Assembly (NCBI RefSeq): GCF_018977255.1
Contig: NW_024704743.1
Location: 18,106,001-18,170,000, forward strand
From: Callorhinchus milii
Taxonomy: Eukaryota
Reading direction: 5' to 3'
Length of the DNA: 64,000 nucleotides
Shown: positions 49,413 to 63,461 of the stretch, piece after piece
Position numbering within the stretch: the first letter of the stretch is position 1
Layout of the letters: each line of letters begins with the position of its first letter
The notes under the pieces: model-generated
What the model saw: only the letters and a program-made list of their open reading frames with translations
Databases searched by the model: none
What the model was told of the DNA's origin: nothing
Program-made: the position numbers and the translations under genes

Positions 49413-50699
49413 ACTATATTACATACTTTCTGGAATAGAAGCAAGTCTGGCTGCGCATTACATCGCCTGACGCAAGAAGATCAGAGCCGAGAAGAAGATT
49501 GGCCAGCCTGATGCAATGATGAACAGACACTTTGGAAAGTATTTGGGGATTGCTGGCTATAGAACGTACACCAGTTTAAGTCATCTTCCTTTCCTAAATC
49601 AGATGTTGGAAGGGTAACGAAGACATATGGAAGAGAAATCTGAGGTGATAATGATATGCAATTTAAATCTAAATTTACATTGGTTTTAATTTAACAGTAA
49701 AAGTTTTTTTTGGTAAAAATAGCACTGGAACTGGATGTTGCAAATTACTCTAAATTCCAGGGGGAGGGGTGGGGTGAAAGGAACTGTTTGCATGTATATA
49801 ATAAGCTGCCTTTTCGCTGTCAATTTATTAAGAGTCAGGGATTTGAAGTTCACACATCCTCAGACAAATCCCTATGTATTTTCGAAATGTTAAGCGCAGA
49901 ATGCAATGCTTTGTCAGATCTGCTCCCTTGATACGCGTTAGCTTGTTAGCTGACTGGCAAGAACTTTCACTCCTTCCTTTTGCTTGACAAAATTCCGATA
50001 GGTGTCAGTCACCTCCATTCACAGGGTACGTTTTCAACCTAATCTTTCTCAATCACAATTGCTCTTCAGGGACAATCATTCTATGCTGCAAGTTAACAAA
50101 AGCTGACTGATCTGTCATAAAGCCATCACTGGGAGAAAAGAGGTCACACTATGGAATTCATGATACATCCATATTAGACATCTACTTCTAGGCTATCTAA
50201 ACGTCCTTCACTCTGCTCCCCCCACCCACCACCAACCCACATTCACTAATGTGAGCTCAAACCTGCGCTTGGTAGATGTCAAATGACCAACTCATAATAA
50301 TCCTTGCAGTGGGGGGGCGGGGGGGAGACCAAACGGAAAGGCTTGGCTCATCATCGGGACATGGAGGTAAACCATGGGCAGGGATTCTTCCAACTGGACT
50401 CCCTGCAAGCCAAAGCCTTAACAGGTAGAATGATTCTAGTTGGACAAGTAATGGCAAGCTTGCCCAAAGGACCAATGCCATCAAAGAGAGTCACTATTAA
50501 CATCCCTTTGGTCTTCCCCTTGCATTCCTTAACCCTTCTGCTGCTTTTGAAATCATGAACCATTCTGTTCTCCTTTCATAGCCTCCTCTTTAACCCATAT
50601 TTGTGGCACAACACTATCTTAGTTCTGGATGGATACTTGGCTTGAAGTCTTCACTATAGGTTTCCAATAGCTTGTCTAAGTGCTGTCATATAGTCAGCA

Positions 50700-51530
50700 T
50701 ATGGCATATCCCTCAACATTATCCTTGATATTCTTCTATTTTTCATCTAAATGCTTCCGCTTGGTGACATCTCCAGGCATGGGGCCAGTTTCCCCATACG
50801 GATTATGACTTGCTTTGAAAGCGGGTGGAAGGGGGCCAGGATTCAGGGATAGAGTCCCAGAGAACGTCAACAAAACCAAAGCTACCCTGTTCGGCTCTCC
50901 TCAGTACCATCTTGACTTTGGCTCAGATTCCATCAACCTCCCACTTGTTCACTGTGCCTAACCCTGGAAATTTACAACACAAATCAAGGCCATTTGCCCC
51001 ATACTGGCTCTTTGAAAGAGGCACCCATTCAGTTGCACTCACCTTACATTCCCCCCCATACCTCAAGCCAGTACTAAAGCTTAGCATTTTGTTGAACCTT
51101 CAACTCTACTTCAAACCCAACATCCAGTCCTTACCAAAGACGTTCTTCAAATCAGTGGAAAACTTTCCAGGTTTATGCCCCAATTTTGCCCCCATCACAG
51201 CCAAAACTCTCATCTATGATTTTGTCACTTCAAAACTAGATTATTCTAGTCATCAGCTTCTCAACCTCCACATGTCATAGGCTCAAATTCATAAATCATT
51301 CATTCAACTCCTGCACATACTCTTTGCTTTTCAGTTACCATTTACTGTTTGCTTGTTTCCCACCATTAATGGTCAAGCCTTCAGCCGTGATATCCCCTGT
51401 TCTTTGGAACTCTTACCCCAAAATCTCTTCACCCCTGGCTGGCTCTCCCTGCTTTCAAACCTATGGGACTGTGCCTTTGGTCAATATCCTCAAACTCCCA
51501 TCTTTCTTCCCCATTGTTGTTCGTGAAGCA
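50700..51530 (+). mobile_element. Highly decayed L2 RT/C-terminal remnants
   Basis: TTCATCTAAATGCTTCCGCTTGGTGACATC, TAKTLIYDFVTSKLDYS (end of ORF 50825..51280) and CTTTGGAACTCTTACCC. Confidence 0.6.
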
Positions 51531-51675
51531 CTTAAAGATATTAATCCTGCCTAAAAAGTAGTAAAGTACAACTTGTATTTATGGACTGGTATAAACAGGT
51601 TACAGAATATATTAGGAGTTCATGGCAGCTGAAAAGAAACCATGTTTAAGCATATGTATAGGAATATACTTGACA

Positions 51676-52031
51676 GAGTCCTCCAGTTTAGTGGTTAGAG
51701 CACTTGCCTCGCAAGCGAGAGGACCTGGGTTCGATTTCCGGCCAGGGTGAAATGTTGGGCAAGTTTTCTCACTCCACACGTCTCTGTTCACCTAGCGGTA
51801 AATAGGAACCTAGTTGTTAGTTGATTGGCGGATTGCTTTTCCGGGGATAATAATTCCTTCAAAAATAAATTAAAATCCATGACTGTTTGTGGGACGCTGC
51901 TGTGCGTAATTGGCTGCCACGTTTCGCCCACAAAAATACAGTCAGTTCACTTTACAGCAAATTCTGTGAAGAGCTTTGAGATGTCCCAAAGACGTGATAA
52001 GGTGCTACATCAAATGCAAGGATTATTATTA
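51676..52031 (+). mobile_element. SINE family A, full length
   Basis: GTGGTTAGAGCACTTGCCTCGCAAGCGAGAGGACCTGGGTTCGATTTCC head; CTCTGTTCACCTAGCGGTAAATAGGAACC; tail. Confidence 0.93.
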
Positions 52032-52744
52032 TATTAAAGGGCAAACATTGACCAAGTAAGGCCAAATTTACATCTCCTAAGGTGAAAGGTGAATTATATA
52101 AATGCAAGTTTGCATTATATATTTTGAGAAGTTTAAAGGCAAAATAGTCTTTTTACAATGGTAATCAATTGTCTTACATACAATCATAGCAATCAATAAA
52201 TCTACTTGCATAGATGTATAATACAATGACCCTTTTTTATCCATACAGTGAGGCACGCTCTTCTGCTTCCCTCCATCCCAGGCTTTTTCAATTCTCATGA
52301 TCACTTGGGTGTTTGAAGCACTAACTCACACAATCCATCATTTCTTTCTGTCATCATCCCAGACATTGTTCAGATCCTCCGAGACGGTGCTTACAACACA
52401 AAGGTCACTTTGAAAGTTGACTAATGGTACAATAAAAACCACAAAACATTTACAGCAGTAGAATTTTAACAAGCAGCCCCCTTAAACTATCGCACCATTA
52501 CACTGCTGGGTGTGTGTGTTTGATTTATCAGGGGCTTATAAAGGAACTGGAATACTATTCTCATTAACAAAGGGAAAATTTTCAATGAAGAGTAGTTTTC
52601 ATAGTACACCATTTAAATTGAAAAACAGAGTTTACAAGTTGCTCAATATGGCTATTAAACTAAAATTCAAAATTCAAATTCTGGATAGTAGAAAGATTAA
52701 ACAGTTAGAATGAACTTGCATCTTTATCGCACTTATCCCTCCGC

Positions 52745-53062
52745 TTAGTGGACTCTGGCCTCCTCCATGTCCCCTGCGCTGCCCTGGGCTCCACCATTGG
52801 CAGTCAGGCCTTCAGCCCTTCTGCCCCCACCCTTTGGAACTCCATCCCACAGTCCCTACTCCTCACCTCCCCCTCCCTTGCCTCCTTCAAAGCCTGTCAC
52901 TTCGATGGTGCCTCTAGTCACCCTCCTAACCCCCACCCTCCCTACCCTCCACACCTCCTGATCCCAATCCCCAGCTCAGGTGCAAATTCTTGACTGTCCA
53001 GAACTTTGGGATGTCCTCCCGATGGGAAAGCCGCTATACAAATGTAATTTGTTCTTATTGTT
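52745..53062 (+). mobile_element. L2 3' fragment
   Basis: TIGSQAFSPSAPTLWNSIPQSL and the L2 tail. Confidence 0.88.
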
Positions 53063-53133
53063 ATAAAGTTGAAACATCTCAAAGCTTTACAGTAACTAAT
53101 CATACGTAATAGTGATTGGATTTGTAGATAGAG

Positions 53134-53395
53134 ATGTTGGCCTGGCTCAGCTGGTAGCACTCTCACTCACCTCTGAGTCAGAAGGTTGGAGGTCCAAGTT
53201 CCACTTTGAGATGCTGAGCTCATACTTCGAGTTGACATTTCAGTGCCGCGGTGGGGAAACACTGCAATGTCAGAGGTATTGTCCTTCAGAATCTTAAAGA
53301 TTCTATCGTACTACTATCTAAGAAAGGACTGTTGCTTCTCATGTCATGGCCAGGAATGTGCAAATTGGCTCCTTGGGTGCCTCCAAATACGCAAT
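53134..53395 (+). mobile_element. SINE family B, 5' part
   Basis: GCCTGGCTCAGCTGGTAGCACTCTC..CTCTGAGTCAGAAGGTTG. Confidence 0.8.
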
Positions 53396-53822
53396 TACTA
53401 TACTTTACAGTAAAATAATAATGCTTACATTTGGCATAGCACCCTTCACATATGGAGAATGTCCCAAAGTGCTTCAAAGGAATTACTGTGAAGTGGAGTG
53501 ACTGTGTATTTGTGCGTGAATCCTGTAAAGTCTTTGAGATGGTTTCAATGATGTGATGAGGTGCTGTATCAAATCAATAAATATCAAATCGATTCTCGAT
53601 AGTTGATCCATTATTGCCATCACGAAAAACAAACTACGTACTTCTAAAAAATAAAACTTGAGTGATTTTTTTCAGAAAGCATTTTGGTTTGAATCATGAG
53701 TCTAAGATTAATCAGTTTATCAATAAAGAAACTAATTATTTAATGGGGAGAAGCGAGATCTTCAATACTCTGAAATAGGGAAAAATCATTTCAGATGGTT
53801 GGTAAATCTGCAAGAAGACGTA

Positions 53823-54165
53823 AACAACAACAAATTATATTTGTATCGCGCCTTTCATGTCAGGAAGACCTCCCAAGGCACTAAACAGGCAGGGATCCGC
53901 ACCCAAACTGGTGGTTGGATCAGGAGGGGTGGAGGGGCAGGGGAGGAGGGTGACCGAAGATTCATAAGAATGCAATAAAACACAGGATTATTACTGGAAG
54001 AGTTAATTGGGGAGGTTAGAAGAAACATTTTCGTGCACAGGTTTGTTGAAGCATTGACTGCTTGGTCACAAGAGGCTGAGAGCAACACATTTAAAAGAAA
54101 CTGGATAACCATTTGATGAGAACCAATACAAAAAAAGGTGCGAGAAGGGAGTAGAGAATTGCGAT
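53823..54165. mobile_element. L2 3' tip (-, 53823-53960) followed by a decayed CR1 3' fragment (+)
   Basis: L2 tail reverse complement, then GTTAGAAGAAACATTTTCGTGCACAGG..ACATTTAAAAGAAACTGGAT. Confidence 0.7.
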
Positions 54166-54267
54166 TAGTGTGGTTAGCAGCAGTGGAGGAGCTGCTACCT
54201 GCATCGGTTACTTCTGTTCAGTAATTTGTATGATTGCATTGCTTCCTAGCTCTGTAACAAACAAAAG

Positions 54268-54603
54268 TAATAATAATCCTTGCATTCGATATAGCGCCTT
54301 ATCATGTCGTTGAGACGTCTCAAAGAGTTTCAAAGAATATATTGGACAGTGGATTGACTTTATTTTGTGGGCCAAACGCAGCAGCCGATTGCACAGCCAA
54401 ACAGCCGTGGATTGAGCGACCAAACTTTTTCCCCTGGAAAAAAAAACGCCAATCGACTAACAACCAGGTTCCTACTTACTGCTAGGTAAACAGAGGCATG
54501 TGGAGTCAGGAAACTTGCCGAAGGTTTTGGCCCGCACGGGAGTGGACCCCGAGTCCTTTCGCTTGCGAGGCAAGCACGCTAACTGCTAACACTACAGGAC
54601 TCC
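54268..54603 (-). mobile_element. SINE family A, full length
   Basis: Tail, central domain, and head ending CTACAGGACTCC. Confidence 0.9.
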
Positions 54604-55492
54604 ACAAGTAATATTAACTTTTATTTCTTACTCACTACCACTATACAAAGGACTTGAAGTGCAAATTTTAATTTAAAAAGGATTATTTCAAGAAAAGATT
54701 CGGTCTTTGTTAATCATGTTTAACATTCATCTCATCGAATTAATTTAATATAATCTTTTCTCATCAAATGAAGAATATTTCTGAGATACCGAGAAACAGA
54801 ATTCTCTTTTTCCAAGCCTCAGATTCCAGACTAGTGTCCCAGTATCTCTGAATTACATCCACGATTGAGAAGCCAGTTACCTTGAAGAACGAATACCAAG
54901 GGACTGACTTCACAGTTGAACATCTAGGTAGTTTTGAACAACATCCTGGAATATTCCTTTGAAGCATATTTAGCAAATGTATTTTTTGGTACATTTTAGA
55001 ATCTTCCATTCTCTATATCTGGATTTCATTAAGAATGGTAATGGTGACAACCTACAGTCAGCAAGTACAGTTTTATTGATATTTGACATTCTTGGTAGTC
55101 TGGTGCCTGAGCCAGGCAGGTCTATAGTCCTTCAGGACACAGTTGTGGACCAGCCAGTCTATTACCCATTCAACAACTGCTAATCGTACAAGCAAAGCCC
55201 AAATGGGAAGAATGATCTTCTCTGGACGAACAACAGGAAGCTTGCCCAGGTCAGCAATACCAATTGCGCTGTTTTAGCTGATTAGACTTCAGCAGTATCT
55301 AATGCACATGCTAGATCCCCTATTCTTGGTCCTGCTAACCTGCACCAAAACACTACAGCTTTAGCATGTAATGAGATATCTATGATTATTCTTTAATTTT
55401 TTGTTGCAAAAGCAGAAATATTAAAAGGAATAATTATGAATCATCTTCACCTTCTCCAAACAAATTGATTTCCTGTGAACTCCTGACATATT

Positions 55493-56520
55493 TCATAAGA
55501 TTGGTCTGGATGAAGAAGGCCCTTCGACCCATCCGATCTCATCCCTCCAGAACATCAATCCTACCTTCCACCCATCGCAGGATCAAATTGCTTTTTAAAT
55601 GAGTCTAATGTCCTGGTTTCTACCACCTTTCCTGGCAACCTGTTCCAGTTATTGATTACCCGCTACGCAAAGAAAAACATCCTGGTATCTGTTCTGAAGT
55701 CGCCCTTTAAACTCTAAACCTATGTTCTTCTGTTCTACTGTCTTGTTACATCCTAAAGAAGTTTACTTTTTCAATTAAAATTAAAGGGTTTACTTTTTCA
55801 ATTCTCATTTAAAATTATATATGAGGTTCCCTCTGAGTACTCTTCCCTCAAGACTGGCTTGTTCTAGTCGTTGCTCATAGCTCATTCCTCGAACAGTGGG
55901 AATCACCCTCTTAGCTCTCTTCTGTAGTGCCTCTAGGACAGTCCCCTTATGTTGAGGTGACCAGACTGTAGGTAGTATTAAAGGTGTTGTCTGAGCAGAG
56001 CATTGTACAGCCCTAGAATGATGTTTGGGGATCTAAAATAAACTGATTTAGCATTATAGCCCAGCATCGTGTTTGCCTTGTTAATTGCTGCCTTACATTA
56101 TTTTAATACAGTGAAGATCTCTTTCAGCTTCCCCTTTGGAAAGTTCAATCCCATTCATGGAGTATTTGTGTTTCCTATTCTGGGAAACTATGATATAGTA
56201 TCTTGCATTTATCAGTATTAAACTTCATTTGCCACTTATCAGCCCATGTGCCTAATAATAATAATTCTTGCATTTGACATCTTTGAGACGTCTCAAAGTG
56301 CTTCCTGTAAAGTGAATTGACTATATTTTATGGGCGAAACGCAGCAGCAATTGCCTACAGCAGTGTCCCACAAACAGTCGTGGATTGAGTAACCAATTTA
56401 TTGTTCTTATTATATACCCTATCAAGCTCTCTTTGTAGGATGTTTGCTGCCTCCTCTGATTCATTTTTTCAGAGTATATTTCACAACATTCATTTGTAAT
56501 TTTAAAGGCATCGGCACATT
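55493..56520 (-). mobile_element. Old CR1 3' fragment with a nested SINE 3' part (56253-56405)
   Basis: 3' UTR GAAGGCCCTTCGACCCATC; TCTTGCATTTATCAGTATTAAACTTCATTTGCCACTTATCAGCCCA encodes WADKWQMKFNTDKCK on minus; CR1-like sequence resumes after the SINE. Confidence 0.8.
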
Positions 56521-58164
56521 GTCACTAGTTACGTATTGAGGTTTCTTGCAAAAATGGTAGCAATTTAAGACTTGTTTACTTACTATTTGTAGGTTTCAGA
56601 TCGAATGTATTCGAAAACGTGGGAGACACCTAGTTGAAATTGGTCAGCAATAGGTGTAACCCAAGGATTGTTCTCTGCTTTGAAGACTTGTTTTGGACCA
56701 GTTAGATCTAAGTTACCTGCAAAAAAAGTGGAAAATATGAATGATTTTATCAACCTCAATTCATATTGCATGGTTAACAAACAAAATTAACAACTGTAAG
56801 GAGAATAGAAATCCATTAGAGATTTTCTTGCAAGTCACAATTCTTAGCTTTCCCATTGAAATGAATAAACTATCAAAAGCAGTTGAACAGGTTTGGATAT
56901 TAGAAACAGCCGAAGAATAATGGTTTTATATTAATTTTCAATGCTCTTCTCTCTCTCTAACTGCATCATAGTATGTGTTAGAATGGTTTAGAAAGCCATG
57001 TAGTCAAATGTTATCACTTACTGCACTTTCAGAAAGAATTTAATGATTCAGAAACCCAAGCAGATATTTTACAATTTTGAATGGAATAAATTAAAGGATG
57101 AATACCAACTTGTGGAGAGCAGAGGCACAGTGAAGATTAGAAGTTTGGCAGCTAAGGAACAATTAGACTTTCAATTTCTGGCACAATTTACGAATGTTTT
57201 TCAAGAAAGCACAATATTGTGTGCACTAAAAACATGAGGAGGGGCAGGGAATTCTACTGATTATTGTGCTTGGATCTCTCCACAAACCAGATGCAAGTTT
57301 TTTCCAGCAAATGTAACTCAGCCAAAAAAAGAACAGAACATCCAATTTTTGCTAGTTGTTCATTTTCGCTGTACAATGAAAATGTACAGTCCTACTTCCC
57401 ACGCACTCAAACATTTGTCTTTATAAGCTCCCAAAGAAAAAAAACACAGGGTCTAATTTGTGATATTTCTTAAAAGGGTTATCCTTTAACATTAACCTTT
57501 AACATTATCCTTAATAGACAAATCTATATTCCGGTACCCAGGAGTACGTTATGCCAATTTCAGAATTTTGCTTGATGTAATCTACCTATGGAATGGAGTT
57601 CGGCCAGGTCAATGGAAATTCTACAGTATTCCTTCATGAGGTACCCTGCCATGAAATACCATTAAGTTTATCTGAAATAGATCAATTTTGATCTCCCTAA
57701 CTTTGTAATAACACAATGGGCCTTGACAAAGAAAACCTTCCAAATATAATAGAAAAAATAAATTTACATGTTAGCCTACACCGCTTTTAATTGTTCTAAT
57801 AGAATAGAATGCACATGAGTTTCCAACAATAATGGAAACATTTTGAACAGTGGTTACAGCATCAAGATAATCATTAGCTCGGAGAAAGGGTCTCCAACCA
57901 GTCGATCACGATGAACTTCTTGGAGCATTAAGAAGCCAAACCCCTGCACCAGTCCAGGCAAGCCCGCACCAAATCAATATGATGCTTCCAGGAGCCTCTG
58001 AGCTGCAATAACCATGGCCGGCCCAGCCATAAATGAAGAAAAATTCAATTAACAAAAATTAATTTGATTGGGCGACCAAAAGTTTTGGTTACCACTGGCT
58101 TAGTGCATTAAATTTCTTTGGTTAGTCAAGCGTCTGACGCATGTGAAAACCCATCACCACGCTG

Positions 58165-58376
58165 AACTGAACTCTGGAACTGCCTTACTCACTCCCTTCG
58201 CCTCGCTCCTTCCCTTCCTATTTTCAGGTCTCTGCTGAAGACCTTTCTTTTCGACCGTACCTTTGGTCACCTTCCTCCCCCTCCCTCGGTCCCGGGATCT
58301 GTTGCTGTGAAGCGCTCTGAGACATCGTCCGGCATGGAGGGCGCTATATAAATCCAAGTTGTTGTTGTTGTTGTTG
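58165..58376 (+). mobile_element. L2 3' tip with (GTT)n tail
   Basis: CTCTGGAACTGCCTT..CTGAAGACCTTTCTTTTCGACC..GGCGCTATATAAATCCAAGTTGTTGTT. Confidence 0.85.
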
Positions 58377-59368
58377 AACGGTATTCAAACCAAACGGAGT
58401 TCCACATATGTAGGCTGCCTACACATGGAGGTTTCCCTTTGTCTGTATTCTTTCCCTGGTAGGACACACCTTGCTTGTCTAATTCCAAAGAGTTTAGGTG
58501 CAGATTGGCAAGAGCCAAGGGTTGAGGACCCCAGAGTGTCCATTAGAGGTATTGCTGGAGTCTAACCAGTGAAAACCACATCTACTAAGAATACAGTCCA
58601 GCAAACTGCTTGCTGTTTGCCCAGCTAGGACCACCCCTACTTTTAGTACTTTGGCTTGCAGGGTCAACAGGAGATGAATGGAAAGAATCCCTCTCCCAGT
58701 CTGCGTCTCCAAGATCTGCTGATGAGCCAGGCTGCCTGGTTTCATTATAAATAATGCTGGGGAGAACTGGTGCTCAACAGGACTGCCGAGATCCCTCACA
58801 GAGAGCTGAAATGATTCCGACATTCCATTGTATAAGTTCCAAGCAGACCATCCCTTTCCTCTCCCAAAAGAGAATGGTCACTAATAAGTGAACAAAAATA
58901 AGACTATTTTGATATAACCAAATGTTAGTCAACCCGACAGGTTACAAAGTGATACGGTTACATACAGTCATGGAGCATGGAAACGTGCCTTTCAGCCCAA
59001 CTAGTCTGTGTCGAGATTATAAAAAGGGACCGATCAGGAAATAAAGTAAGCACGGTGAATAACTGGATGCTAGGTTGCGGCCTAGTTTGTGGCCACATAC
59101 CTTTTGCTAATTGTGGCTAAAGAGGTACAATATGGTTGACATTAGCTTAAACTATACTATTTCACTTGATGGCTCACTTGGTAAAACCACTGTTCTAGTG
59201 CAAAACTAGAAGATCCCAGAGTTGATCCTCAGCTAGGTGGCAGTGAAGCAAATTAGTGGTGGGGCAGGGCAGGGGTGAAAGACAGAAGAGATGCTACAAG
59301 TTTAAAATTTAAGCAAAGATTGGATTAGGTTTTTCGCAATATTCGAACACTCACTGACTAGCCTTACA

Positions 59369-59730
59369 CACTGTTATATTACACTTCCATTGATCTATTG
59401 ACACCATTATACCGCACTGTCAGTGTCCAATTGCCATCATTATACTACATCTTGAGTGATCTATTGCTACTTTTTTTTACCTGCACCTCCAGTGATCTAT
59501 TAACACCACTGTATCCCACTTCCAGTGAACTATTGCCACCATTTCACTGCACCTTATGATCTATTGCCACCTTTACACTGTACGTCATGATGTATCGCCC
59601 CCGTTATACTGCTCCTCCAGTAATCTACTGCCACTGTTATACTGCACTGCCGGTGATCTATTCCCACTGTTATACTGCATCTCAAATGATTATTATTATT
59701 ATTATTATTATCTACTGCCACCTCTAGTGA
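59369..59730. repeat. Degenerate tandem array, about 10 units of ~33 bp (consensus ~TGATCTATTGCCACCGTTATACTGCACCTCCAG)
   Basis: Unit starts at 59391, 59424, 59457, 59493, 59526, 59557, 59588, 59621, 59654 and 59687; a (TTA)n expansion sits inside the last unit. Confidence 0.85.
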
Positions 59731-62700
59731 CCCAGTATTACCATTATACCTTTAGAGGCAACGTCATGTGAAAACTATCTTCAAGTGATGCCCAAATAAG
59801 CTAGCCCAACTTACCTCTCTGCAAGACCATCTCCAATAGATGGTCAGGATTTGGTTTGATATGCCAAAAGCAGGCACACCACATAGCTTGTATTGATAAA
59901 AACAACTTGGGTGGCCTCAGGCTTTGTTTTCTAGTAATTGATAAAGAGTATGGACAAAATCAGTGGAAAATAGAGCAGTACAGGAGTCTGTTAACTTGCA
60001 TTTCATGCATTCGCTTGCTCCAAAGCCTAGAGGTCGGTAACCTACAGCCCACAGTATTGGTGGAAAACAGCAACATAGCTGCACATTCACTACATCTACA
60101 CAAATATCCGAACAGCTAGAATAACAGACACACAAGATGACCCTGAGCGGTTTGCCTTGCCTTGCTGTCAGCTTCATTAATCACCAATTACTAATCCAGT
60201 TGAAAAACGGGAGACTCGGATTCCGTTAACAGTCTATTTATAAAAAGGTGAGAATCATCTGACATGACATCTCACTTCAACAGCGCAGATGGTGTCTCAC
60301 TGTAGAACATGTCCAATATCAGCTGCCCAATGTACATAAAAGTTCAAAGTTCTATGCAATATTTTCGTTGAGAAGAGTGGCTCAGATAAACCAAGGCATA
60401 TTAAAGTTATGCAGATGTGTTTGCATTGGAGATTTTTTTTAAGAAAGACCCACAAGTTACACAAAGAGGGAAATAAATTACTATTTGCATTATGCTTATG
60501 AGATTGTTTTTTTGGAAAAAAAACAATATTTAATATCCTTTGGTTGACAGAATATTTTACTTGAAACAAAGGTGGCCAAAGAGCCACCTGTGGCCAAAGA
60601 GCCAAATATGCCAACTGTGCACATTTGTGACAAATATATCGATTTAATAAGTCTGATCAGAGTAATTTCATGGAAAATTATATTTCAAACACCTCCCAAG
60701 TACCGTCGCAGCAGTAATTGGCACCCAATATTGGAAAGCAAAGCAATAAAAAGTGCTACTGCCTACCACAGGCTAATAAGGTAAAGAATGGTCTACATTA
60801 AAAACATATTTGGTTTGGAAAGACCAGCAGCATCTGACTTATTGAGATATAAAGAAACCATGAAAGCCTGAAACAACTGAAAATGTAGAAATGCAAATTT
60901 CAACCTCTGAAAGAGAAAGACTGGTTATCATTTTTGACCCGAAATGAATCGAGCTGCAGAAGCCGTCTAAAAGATTAAGGACAGCAAGACGGTCCAGACA
61001 AAGGAAACGGACATCAGCAAGAAAAACATTTGTAACTGCAAATTAGAGAGTTTGTGGGTCATTAACATAGCTATAAAAGTTCATCTCATCTTCTTCACAA
61101 AATGTCAATGTTGTCTTGGTCTGGAATTACTTGCCTTCCCCGATCTTATGAAGGGGTTTCTGCAAGTCCAAATCGATTCAGATGAAGGGTTAAACCGAAA
61201 AAACTAACCTTTCTTCTGGAGGCCCACAGTAGGTGCTGAAAATACACAGATCTGTTTTTAACCTGATAATGCCGAAATGTGTCACAGTGCAATATGTAGA
61301 CAGTACCTTGTGTCTTGTAAGAACACGATCGCCTCTTACAATACTACATTTAAGTCAGACTACAAGCTGTGGCATTCTTTAGCCATTGCTGGGCTTTTGT
61401 CCAATCAATAAAACTGCTAGTACTTCATTTAACTCCTCTTTGATTTTCGCTCTTGGAATGTTCCATTATTCAATAACGCATGCAGGAAACGTTTCACCTT
61501 CCTGTCAGACAGAAGCAATAACCCTAGCTTCGGTACGCTCCAGTGCTTTCAGGCAAAGGGATTCACACCCTTATCTGTGACTCCAAGCAGGTTTAGCATT
61601 CTAACTTGGATCAAACAGCAGGGAGCAGGATTAAGCAATGTAGACAAAGCAAACTAACAAGATAGAAACACACTCATTCTAAAGCCATCCTGGTTAGATC
61701 TAAAACACAAGTATGTGCTGTTCACCATTCAATCTTAAGCAACAGGCCACAGGGGAAGACAGGCTTAACTAGAACCCTCCAACCGATGTAGGTTTTATGG
61801 CTATAACAGATCATGTGTCACTCAAAGGGTTTTGCCCTGTGCTGGCAAATTGATTTATTGGGGTCGGCTACTAGACAAATTTTGTACACAGAATCCCAAA
61901 ATATTAATTGGCAACATTTTTGTCATAACATTTGAGATATTAAAGTTAAGTAATTGAATTATTTTGACCATTCTATTAATATACACAGTTTAATTAGTTT
62001 TGAGGCTTTGATTCTTCAATATATTAGAATTCTCACCAGGAGGGATTTGTTGCCTAGAGCTGGAAATCTGGACAGAATTAGTAATTTACTGTCCATATTA
62101 AACAACCCAGGGATTTCTGGCTTTAGCTTCCAATGTTTTATCATCTGGTCTGTCATCTTTCCAGCTCAATCTTGTTACCTTCTTCACAGGCAAAGTACAT
62201 GAATGCTGCAATGACTTAATACAAGCTGCAGCTTGATATTATTGCATATCGTCACACAAAAAAGGACAAGTACACAACCAACTGGCTGTACAAGACTATC
62301 AAAACAACTATTTCCCTACAAAGGCCACGACTGGTTCAATATTAAATTATTAAATGATGGAAACATCTGTTCAGAAGAAACAGATTGCACTGCATGAAAT
62401 CAGCATACTCCCAGCACTACAGTTTCTATCTTCCAGCTCGCAGTTGTTAAGATAGCCTCATTTTCTTTCAATTGAATGAAACCTGATAAGAACATAGCAA
62501 AGACTTTGAGAACAAAGTACTCCAATTTCATCAGTTTGACTCGGTCTTTATTCGTTTGCAGAAAATGAGTTCCCAAGTGCATTCCATCCAAGAATCTCCT
62601 TCACGTTCATCAGAGTCTCCTCTGCCTTGTATAATTTACAGGACCTGACATCACATGCACTATCTCAATTACCTTCACATACTCAGCCTGCATTTTCTTT

Positions 62701-62984
62701 TGAAGGCTTATCCAAAATACATCTTTAAAGATGTCTGTTTCTCGCGATACAGTATTAATCTAAAATCACAGACGTACTCCTCAAAGTGCACCTTTTTCAA
62801 AACTGCAAATGTTGGCAAAACTGCAGTAATCCTGTCAGATTAGATACTGACATGGAAGAGAAATCAATCAACACAAATTAAAGGATATATACAGCACCCA
62901 TCTCAAATTTCTAAACGTTCTACCAGGTTTCATTTCTCTTCATCTTTTACCAAATCTTTTATCAAATATCAAAAAAATGCAAGG

Positions 62985-63027
<43 letters not shown>

Positions 63028-63267
63028 GATTTGATTTTTTTTTGAAAATGAGAATAAAGCATCTGTCCTGTTTCTGTACCGGAAAGTGAACCGTGATGGC
63101 CTCTGCAGTCTCTGAAATGGCAACGGGAATTGAAATGACTGCCCTTGCTGAACCCCAAGTTTAAAAGTGGGAAACAGCAGCCACATTCACCAGAATGTTC
63201 TCAGCCAGCGATTCCCATTTGCGATAATAAAAAAGATACACCTTCACAGTGTCCCAAATACCTGACC

Positions 63268-63461
63268 GTCTTGCTTAAAACCATTGTCTTAAAACGTATT
63301 ATGGATAATTTGGAAAAATTCCTAAATTCACTCTTATGTTGGAAGGCAGTTTTCTGCACTTTATTTTAAGAACTACAGAAAACTGGCTTCCAGATTCAGT
63401 CTAAATGTTCCAAAATTCCGCACAACTTTAAATTGTACGTCAACAACCTAAAGGCTAAGAC
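63268..63461. mobile_element. Decayed fold-back (palindromic) MITE-like element
   Basis: Central inverted repeat TGGAAGGCAGTTTTCTG / CAGAAAACTGGCTTCCA (16/17); related half-copies at 24764-24877 and ~35200-35289. Confidence 0.6.

Noticed and set aside
51676..51750. tRNA-Ala gene
   Set aside because: The tRNA-like sequence lacks a proper acceptor stem and continues into a SINE body and tail; the same holds for every such head in the window.
54764..55183. Possible coding exons (ORFs 54764..55009 and 54977..55183; donor-like AAG|GTAACT on minus)
   Set aside because: Peptides are unrecognisable, with no convincing acceptor or partner exons.
59391..59720. CRISPR-like repeat/spacer reading of the 33-bp array
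   Set aside because: The variable parts are homologous to each other (TTATACTGCAC-like), so this is a decayed tandem repeat rather than unique spacers.
62400..62650. Possible minus-strand terminal exon
   Set aside because: Short open frames with no recognisable similarity and a weak acceptor.
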